From an uncultured virus (IMG/VR IMGVR_UViG_3300000302_000058) (Duplodnaviria > Heunggongvirae > Uroviricota > Caudoviricetes): a stretch of 64,000 nucleotides of DNA. Below are positions 56,988 to 64,000 of the stretch, piece by piece. The notes under the pieces were generated by a model. That model ran no database searches, was not told the DNA's origin, and saw nothing but the letters and a program-made list of their open reading frames with translations. The position numbers and the translations under genes were made by a program. Each line of letters begins with the position of its first letter. Positions within the stretch are counted from its first letter, which is position 1. Location of the stretch: the IMG/VR virus record IMGVR_UViG_3300000302_000058; one strand, given 5' to 3'.

Positions 56988-58100
56988 TTGAAACTTGACT
57001 ATTCCCTAAAGACTCTTGAAGAGCGTAAGGCTCTTGTACAGGATATAGTGGATTCCAGTGAGAATCTTTCGTCTAAGCAACTAGGATATATGACAGATTA
57101 TCTTCTCTTCACGGCTGATTCAAAACAGACTGGTAAAGAGAAGAAGAAATCTCACCCCATCATCACGAAGAATAGAGATGTTACTATCTCTAAGCGACAG
57201 ATTTCTTTGGAGGATACAATAGCGTCTTTATCAAATGGCGAGGATGGGCTGTATTCTATGATAGTGGATGATAAGGATATGCTTCTTGATAATCGACAAC
57301 CGATTACTCAAGATGATATTGATAAGATTCCCGGTATCAAAAACAAACTGGATACCATCGAAGTTCTTAAGACACAGCTTGATAAGAGCGATGGTCGTGA
57401 GCGCTTTCTTATCAAACAGCAGATTATCTCGACGTACAAGGAAATCTATTCAATCAAGAGTTCGTATATGAATGCGGTTACAAAGGCACACGTCAACTCT
57501 CAAATCAATCATATGTCGCACATGCCGCTAGTCGAGAACATTACCATTGATGAAAACGGTATGCCACACAGCGATGGCGTGATTTCTCTTTTGCGGCCAG
57601 ACCATGTTGCCTTTCTTCTTAAATACTATAGTAAGCTGAAAGGTAGCTGCTGGGACGATTTGAACAGCGATATGCACTGGCTGTTGATAGATTTAGAGGA
57701 ATTGGTCGTGCGGGCCTTGCTACCGGAAAACGAAGTTCTTTACGACCTTCTGGTTTGGGAGATTGACGGTCTTACCGGTGTCGAGATTGTGCGGCAAATG
57801 GAACGTAAGTACGGTATCGTTCATTCTGAGCAATACTTCTCTACTTTATGGTGCAAGCGAATTCCGAAGATGATTGCGGAAGCTGCCCAAAAGAAATGGC
57901 TGATTTGGTACTACACCTTTAAATGCCCGGAAGAAGCTCAGTGGAAGATTTGTAAGACTTGCGGCAGGAAGCTTCTCGCTCACCCGCTCTTTTTTCATAA
58001 GAACACATCCAAGGACGGTTTTTATTCTAAATGCCGCGATTGTCGTTCTAAGAAAGGAAAGGTGAGAGCGAACAATGGAACAACAGAAGAAGACGTGTAA
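56988..58100 (+). CDS. phage protein with C-terminal Zn finger (possible late regulator)
   Basis: CKTCG...CRDC; helix-turn-helix-like segment; first gene of packaging operon. Confidence 0.65.
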   Translation: MKLDYSLKTLEERKALVQDIVDSSENLSSKQLGYMTDYLLFTADSKQTGKEKKKSHPIITKNRDVTISKRQISLEDTIASLSNGEDGLYSMIVDDKDMLLDNRQPITQDDIDKIPGIKNKLDTIEVLKTQLDKSDGRERFLIKQQIISTYKEIYSIKSSYMNAVTKAHVNSQINHMSHMPLVENITIDENGMPHSDGVISLLRPDHVAFLLKYYSKLKGSCWDDLNSDMHWLLIDLEELVVRALLPENEVLYDLLVWEIDGLTGVEIVRQMERKYGIVHSEQYFSTLWCKRIPKMIAEAAQKKWLIWYYTFKCPEEAQWKICKTCGRKLLAHPLFFHKNTSKDGFYSKCRDCRSKKGKVRANNGTTEEDV

Positions 58101-59469
58101 GGAGTGCGGCAAAACCAAGCCAATTAACAAATTTTGGCATCGTAAGAACGGTACTCTTTTTGATGTTTGTAAAGAGTGTGCTTGGAAATATATCGACAAC
58201 AAGAAACCGAACACTTTTCTGTGGATTCTAAAAGAAGCCGACGTTCCGTTCATCGAGGAACGTTGGGTTGACTTGTGCCGCAAAAAGTATAACAAAGACC
58301 CGCATCACTTTGGTTGTAGTTCTGTTATTGGTACTTATTTACGAATTATGTATACAAAAGGTTTTACCAACTACAACTATAGTGATACCTTAGAATTGAA
58401 CAAGAATCTAATCGAAGACCGCAAGCGTGCGGCTGAAAGTAAGGCAAACGCCGCAGAACGAGCAAAGCAATTTGAAGAAGAGGTTAACGAGGTTTCTTTT
58501 TCCGGCGACCTTTTTAAGAACGCCGTGCCGGATATGGCACCAAACGAAGAATATGAGATTGAAGAAGTTACTGAAATGGAGCTTGCTGGGCCGGAACAGC
58601 CTTTGCCGCCAATTGATTATCGTAATACGCCAGTTGCTCCACAAGGCGTTAAGATTGAATATTCAAATCGTGTTCCAAAAGAACAAAAGACAACTGCCCC
58701 TACGAGCATCCAATCTTACGATGTTGTAGATGTTGACGAGCAATCCATTCTAAATGATTTGACTCCGAATGATGTTCAATATCTTGCAATGAAGTGGGGT
58801 AGTAGTTTTAAACCATCTGAATGGGTAAAGATGGAAGACATGTATCAAAAGTATTGCGGTGAATTTGAGATTAGTGTAGACCGTGAAGCTGTACTTATCT
58901 CGATGTGTAAAACAAGTGTCAATATGCAGCGTTGTCTTGATTCTGGAGATGCGGCCAATGCTCAAAAGTTCTCTTCTATGTTTGACCAACTCCGTAAGTC
59001 AGGCGCATTCACTGAGGCACAGAAGAAAGAGGAAAAAGACCATTATCTTGACTCTCTTGGAGAGCTGGTTGCAACTGTTGAGAGAGAAGGAGGGGTCATT
59101 CCTAAGTTTGACTATGAGTTTGAGGTGAATCCTGACAAGGTTGATTTAACCCTCAAAGATATGAAGTCATATACTTATAATCTTGTTAAGAACGAAATGG
59201 GTCTTGGTGACCTTATCGAATCTTACATTCAGAAACTTGAACAGCAAATGGAAGAAGAAAAAAATAAAAGCTTGTCTGATGGTCTTGTCACAAGTAAAGC
59301 AGAAGAGCAACAAATTCAAAACGATGAATTTGCTGACGATTGGCTTAATAATCTTGAAGATTCTATTGCGGCTGATGCTGATGAACTTTACGCTAAGATT
59401 GGCGATGAAGATGATAATAAATATATCGAAATGATTCGTGCCAATCAACAAGAGGACGGAGAGGAATAA
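58075..59469 (+). CDS. putative terminase small subunit (N-terminal Zn finger)
   Basis: CKEC...CKEC; position directly before the large subunit. Confidence 0.5.
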   Translation: MEQQKKTCKECGKTKPINKFWHRKNGTLFDVCKECAWKYIDNKKPNTFLWILKEADVPFIEERWVDLCRKKYNKDPHHFGCSSVIGTYLRIMYTKGFTNYNYSDTLELNKNLIEDRKRAAESKANAAERAKQFEEEVNEVSFSGDLFKNAVPDMAPNEEYEIEEVTEMELAGPEQPLPPIDYRNTPVAPQGVKIEYSNRVPKEQKTTAPTSIQSYDVVDVDEQSILNDLTPNDVQYLAMKWGSSFKPSEWVKMEDMYQKYCGEFEISVDREAVLISMCKTSVNMQRCLDSGDAANAQKFSSMFDQLRKSGAFTEAQKKEEKDHYLDSLGELVATVEREGGVIPKFDYEFEVNPDKVDLTLKDMKSYTYNLVKNEMGLGDLIESYIQKLEQQMEEEKNKSLSDGLVTSKAEEQQIQNDEFADDWLNNLEDSIAADADELYAKIGDEDDNKYIEMIRANQQEDGEE

Positions 59470-61250
59470 TGGCTCTTAAAGATTTGCTCTCCGTGGAAAA
59501 GAGTATATCTGCTCCAACGGTGGCGTTAGAAGATATCACCAAAGATAGAATTAAAAAGGATTTGCCGCAATTGAGAAAGCTGATTGCTTACTGGCGAGTA
59601 TATCCCGATAAGTTCGTAGATTATCTTTGTTCGTTGAATCCAGACAATACTTTTAAGTTCTTCTTTTATCAACGAGTCTTTTTGCGGGCGATTTTGCGGC
59701 ACAAGTATGTATACTGCGTGTTTTGCCGTGCTTATTCGAAATCCTTTTTGACAGCTATGGGGTCGATGATTAAGTGCATTCTTTATCCCGGAAGTCGAAT
59801 CTTTGTGGCTTCTGCGGGTAAAGAACAGTCAGCGTCAATTCTTAGTAGCAAGGTACAGGAGATTTGTAAACTTATTCCTGCTTTTGAGCACGAGATTATC
59901 TGGGATGTACGCGGGTCACAAGGCAAAGCCCGCACACGTAACACTAAAGACAGTGTTATCTATACTTTTCGCAACGGTTCGTCTTTAGAGAACGTTGCTA
60001 TGACTGAATCTACTCGTGGACAGCGTTTCACTAGCGGCGTTCTTGAAGAATGTGCCAGTATGGACCAAGATAAACTTAACGAGATTATTCTTCCGACTCT
60101 TAATGTTTCTCGTAATGTACCGGGATATGGCGTTGACGAAAATGAAGTTGCCAACCAGAGTGCGGTTTATATTACTACAGCTGGATACAAGGGTACATTT
60201 AGTTATGATAAGTTGATTCAAATTCTTTGTCAATCGGTTGCTCGCCCAGACCAAGCGATTATTCTTGGTGGTACTTATCGCACACCGATGATGGAACGAC
60301 TACTTAGCCGTAACTTTATTTCTGACCTTAAGCAAGACGGTACTTTTAACGAAGCATCTTTTGACCGTGAATATAATTCTATTTGGAGCGGTAGTATTGA
60401 AGGTGCGTTCTTTGATACCGAAAAGTTTGATAAATACAGAGATATTCAATTGCCGGAGTGGGAAGCAAATAATAAGTCTTCCAAGAACGCTTATTATCTT
60501 CTTGGCGTAGACGTTGGCCGTCTTGGTTGTACTACAGAGGTTATTGTTTGTAAGGTAACACCTGCTCCTACAGGAGTTTCCCAAAAGCATATTGTCAATC
60601 TATATAGTTACGAAGCAGAACATTTTGGTGAACAATCTATTAATATTAAGCGTTTATTCCATAAATATAAATGTCGCATAGCTGTTATCGACGCCAATGG
60701 TTTGGGTGCAGGACTTGTAGACTGGTTAGTTGTTGACCAAGATGACCCTGATACTGGTGAACCTCTTGGGGCGTTTGGCGTTTACAATGACGATGATGGT
60801 AACTATAAAAAGTTTTTGAATAATTCTGCGTATCCATTCCCGAATTCAATTTATCTTATGAAAGCAAATGCCACAATCAACACTGAGCTTTACTCTTACT
60901 GTCAGACTCAAATGGGTAGCGGTAAGATTCGTTTCTTAATTGACGAAAACACTGCGAAGAATAAGTTAATGTCTCAGGCTCAGAGTAAGAGAATGGGTAA
61001 GGCAAAGCGAGCGGAATATTTGCGGCCATATGTTCTCACTTCTATTCTTGAAGACCAGATGGCTAATCTTATTCAAGAAAATGAGGGTATGAATATTATT
61101 TTGAAGCAGAACAACCGTACAATTAAGAAGGATAAATTTTCGGCGTTGATTTATGCTCTTTCTTGGCCGAAGATGATAGAAGAGAAAGGCGGGCGTAAAC
61201 GCCGAGGAAATATCAAAGACTTGATGTTGTTCACGAAAGCGAAGCGTTAA
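59469..61250 (+). CDS. terL: terminase large subunit
   Basis: RAYSKSF Walker A variant, RGQR, VLEE Walker B, ITTAG, GVDVGR and KDKFSA nuclease motifs. Confidence 0.9.
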   Translation: MALKDLLSVEKSISAPTVALEDITKDRIKKDLPQLRKLIAYWRVYPDKFVDYLCSLNPDNTFKFFFYQRVFLRAILRHKYVYCVFCRAYSKSFLTAMGSMIKCILYPGSRIFVASAGKEQSASILSSKVQEICKLIPAFEHEIIWDVRGSQGKARTRNTKDSVIYTFRNGSSLENVAMTESTRGQRFTSGVLEECASMDQDKLNEIILPTLNVSRNVPGYGVDENEVANQSAVYITTAGYKGTFSYDKLIQILCQSVARPDQAIILGGTYRTPMMERLLSRNFISDLKQDGTFNEASFDREYNSIWSGSIEGAFFDTEKFDKYRDIQLPEWEANNKSSKNAYYLLGVDVGRLGCTTEVIVCKVTPAPTGVSQKHIVNLYSYEAEHFGEQSINIKRLFHKYKCRIAVIDANGLGAGLVDWLVVDQDDPDTGEPLGAFGVYNDDDGNYKKFLNNSAYPFPNSIYLMKANATINTELYSYCQTQMGSGKIRFLIDENTAKNKLMSQAQSKRMGKAKRAEYLRPYVLTSILEDQMANLIQENEGMNIILKQNNRTIKKDKFSALIYALSWPKMIEEKGGRKRRGNIKDLMLFTKAKR

Positions 61251-61308
61251 AACTTTTTTGGGCAAAAGATGTTTATTCGCAGCTTTGTTTTTTGATAATA
61301 AGTGATAT

Positions 61309-61686
61309 ATGCTAAAAAGGAGGGATTCTGTGCTAAGTTCTAAAGGTGAAAAAAAGATTCACGCTGTTCTAGAGCAATATGGAATCCCTTTTACTGAAGA
61401 GTATGAATTTCCCGATTTGATTTCTACAAGTGGGAGGCACTTGCGATTTGATTTTGCGGTATTTAACGACGATGGGTCTTTAGATTTCTTAATCGAGTAC
61501 CAAGGCAGACAACATTACGAAGCTGTTAAGCATTTTGGTGGAGATAAGGCGGCTCAACGTCAAAAATACAATGATTCCGTCAAACGAGCATATTGTGTCA
61601 AACATCATATTCAACTTGTTACGATTCCATTCTGGGATGAAGATAAAATATCTTATGAATACATCATGCAGGCTGCGGGATATTAA
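61309..61686 (+). CDS. PD-(D/E)xK/Vsr-like endonuclease domain protein
   Basis: SKGE..LRFDF..IEYQGRQHY..K..YC..IPFW. Confidence 0.7.
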   Translation: MLKRRDSVLSSKGEKKIHAVLEQYGIPFTEEYEFPDLISTSGRHLRFDFAVFNDDGSLDFLIEYQGRQHYEAVKHFGGDKAAQRQKYNDSVKRAYCVKHHIQLVTIPFWDEDKISYEYIMQAAGY

Positions 61687-61697
61687 AAGGAGGTGCT

Positions 61698-63296
61698 ATG
61701 GCAAAACTATCTCAAACCCGTCAAAAAGAGATTGACTTTTCTAACTGGTATAAAAATAGTACCTACTATAATAAAATCAAAGTTGGTAGTAAGACGCTTC
61801 GTGATGATGCTTTTTTAAATGTTGATGCAACTACTGCGATTCAGACCAACAGACCAATCAAGAAAGATTTGGTTGTCAAAGCTATTAACTCTAAAGATTA
61901 TAAACAGCTTAGAGTCATTTCGAATTACTTCTATAATAAGAGTGGTATTTATGAACGTCTTATTAAATATATGGCTCACTTTTTCCGTTACGACTTTTTT
62001 GTTACACCGGTACAATATGATAAAACTGTGCCGCAAACGAAGATAATTGAAGGATGGTATAAGGCTTGTTTATTCTTAGAGAATTCTAAACCTAAGAAGC
62101 ATCTTTCAGAGATTGCGGTCAAAGTGATTAAGAATGGTTGCTTTTATGGCTATCGTCTAGCTCAGAAAGACCGAGAGTTTTTACAGGAACTTCCAATCGA
62201 CTATTGCCGCAGTCGTTACAATTATAACGGCAAGCCCGCAGTCGAATTTAATGTTAAATATTTTGACGATACTTTTGCAGATAATGACTATCGTCTTCGT
62301 GTAGTGAAGATGTTTCCGAAAGAAATCCAACAGGCGTATGTTGCTTTTAAGAAGGGTATTTTGCCACAAGACTTTAACGGTGATGATAAGGGTTGGGTGC
62401 TTTTAGACCCAACAAAGACCGTTAAGTTTAATATTGATGGTTCTGATATGCCATTATTTATTAGTATCATTCCACATCTTTTGGATTTGGAAAAGGCTCA
62501 AGAAATTGACCTTCAAAAGATGCTTCAACAGATTTTGAAGATTATTATCCAAAAGTTCCCGCTTGATAAGAACAATGACCTTGTATTCGATATTGACGAA
62601 ATGCAAGCATTTCACAATATGGCTGTCGATATGTTGGGCGATGCGGTTGGAGTAGACGTTCTTTCTACTCTTGCGGATGTTGATGTTGCGGATATGTCTG
62701 ATAAGGGCAATGTCTCTTCAGTTGACCAACTTGAAAAAGTAGAGCGTACAGTTTACAACGAAGCTGGCGTTTCTCAAATGCAATTTAATAGTGAAGGTTC
62801 TGTTGCTCTTGAACGCTCTATTTCTAATGACGAAGGTAGCTTAACCGATTTGATTCAACAGTTTGAAGAATATCTTGAAGATATGATTCTTCCTTTGAAT
62901 CGCAATATTAAGAAGAAGTTAATCTATCGAGTTAATATTTTACCAACTACTGTTTACAATTACAAGGATATGGCATCTACTTATCGTGAACAGACGATGC
63001 TTGGTTATTCTAAGCTTCTTACTCAGGTTGCTCTTGGAATGCCGCAAACCGTTGTTATGTCTGCGGCGATGTTTGAGAACCAGATGCTTAAACTTGATGA
63101 AGTATTTATTCCGCCTCAAATGTCTTCTACTATGAGTGGAAACGACAGCGAGGATGAAGATAATAATAAAGACAGTGGTACTACTCAAAGTGGAGACACT
63201 GGTAATGTTCAACCTCACGACGAGGGCGGCAGACCAGAAGTTGATACGGTTGAGAAGTCTGAAACCACTATCGAGACAGAAGAATCAAGACAGTAG
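61698..63296 (+). CDS. portal protein
   Basis: Size, position after terL, acidic tail with GGRP. Confidence 0.75.
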   Translation: MAKLSQTRQKEIDFSNWYKNSTYYNKIKVGSKTLRDDAFLNVDATTAIQTNRPIKKDLVVKAINSKDYKQLRVISNYFYNKSGIYERLIKYMAHFFRYDFFVTPVQYDKTVPQTKIIEGWYKACLFLENSKPKKHLSEIAVKVIKNGCFYGYRLAQKDREFLQELPIDYCRSRYNYNGKPAVEFNVKYFDDTFADNDYRLRVVKMFPKEIQQAYVAFKKGILPQDFNGDDKGWVLLDPTKTVKFNIDGSDMPLFISIIPHLLDLEKAQEIDLQKMLQQILKIIIQKFPLDKNNDLVFDIDEMQAFHNMAVDMLGDAVGVDVLSTLADVDVADMSDKGNVSSVDQLEKVERTVYNEAGVSQMQFNSEGSVALERSISNDEGSLTDLIQQFEEYLEDMILPLNRNIKKKLIYRVNILPTTVYNYKDMASTYREQTMLGYSKLLTQVALGMPQTVVMSAAMFENQMLKLDEVFIPPQMSSTMSGNDSEDEDNNKDSGTTQSGDTGNVQPHDEGGRPEVDTVEKSETTIETEESRQ

Positions 63297-63308
63297 GAGG
63301 TTATAAGA

Positions 63309-64000
63309 ATGATTTCTAATCGCTCTGTAGCCACTATTGATAGACCGGAATTTATTGATATTCAACCTTACAATCCTCTTATCTCACAATGTACCATCAA
63401 GGTGCTTTATCTTGGTAAGAATCGTAACGGTTCTTTTATTGATAAGAATACGGCTATTCAAATGGCTAATTCATTACCGGGCACGCCGATTGTTGGGGCG
63501 TGGCGTAAGGATATCGAAGACTTTGGTGACCACGGCCATGTAATCACTATTGAAGATGGCGAGATTAAGTTTGCTTGCAAGACCGTTCCTTACGGCTTTG
63601 TTGCTCCCGGTGCTCGTGTTTGGTTCCAGAAGTTTAACGATATTGATGATTTTGGAAACGAAACTGAACGTGAATATATGATGACCACTGGCTATCTATG
63701 GACTGGACAGTTCCCAGAAGCTCAGAAGGTTATTGATGAAGGCCAAAATCAATCAATGGAACTAGATGAAGAACATTTGGACGGTCATTGGGCAAATGAC
63801 GCTAAAAGTGGGATGGACTTTTTCATTATCAATGATGCGGTATTCAGTAAACTCTGTATTCTAGGAGACGATGTAGAACCTTGTTTCGAAGGTGCCTCAG
63901 TCTTAGGTGGAGTTGACAACAACTATACAGAAGATACTGAATTCACGCATACATTATATACTATGATTAAACAACTTCAGGATATAATCGGCACCACAGA
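63309..64000 (+). CDS. prohead protease/scaffold-like protein (partial)
   Basis: MISNRSV...GKNRNGSFI...PIVG...GYLWT...QSMEL...LCILG...PCF; GGAGG RBS; follows portal. Confidence 0.7.
   Translation, partial: MISNRSVATIDRPEFIDIQPYNPLISQCTIKVLYLGKNRNGSFIDKNTAIQMANSLPGTPIVGAWRKDIEDFGDHGHVITIEDGEIKFACKTVPYGFVAPGARVWFQKFNDIDDFGNETEREYMMTTGYLWTGQFPEAQKVIDEGQNQSMELDEEHLDGHWANDAKSGMDFFIINDAVFSKLCILGDDVEPCFEGASVLGGVDNNYTEDTEFTHTLYTMIKQLQDIIGTT

Overview
This window is part of a large tailed-phage genome, read in the standard genetic code. The host looks Gram-positive-type, judged from sigmaA-like promoters, GAAC-N4-GTTC boxes and a parS site. Positions 1-44 kb are a mostly minus-strand accessory and metabolic arm. 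It holds a type II topoisomerase B gene interrupted by a group I intron with a GIY-YIG ORF, plus RtcB, an Rnl2-type ligase, PhoH, ThyX, a TrmH methylase, a Zn deaminase, SPFH, GrcA, a PurA-like/vWA pair, an HD hydrolase, a kinase-like protein, cell-wall enzymes and several Cys-rich endonucleases. The same arm has 32 tRNA genes, two large promoter-driven ncRNA candidates (about 580 and 670 nt) and a Ro60/TROVE gene with a family of five Y-RNA-like RNAs that share one scaffold but carry different inserts. Positions 47.4-55.8 kb are gene-poor and dense with apparent host-protein binding sites: a DnaA-box-like array, parS, LexA boxes, DtxR/MntR-like palindromes, OmpR/PhoB-like direct repeats and promoters with no gene behind them. 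Many of these sit in repeated cassettes next to paralogous winged-helix genes. Positions 57-64 kb start the packaging and head module (terminase, portal, probable prohead protease). All calls come from reading motifs by eye; no database searches or folding were run. Several N-gaps break genes.
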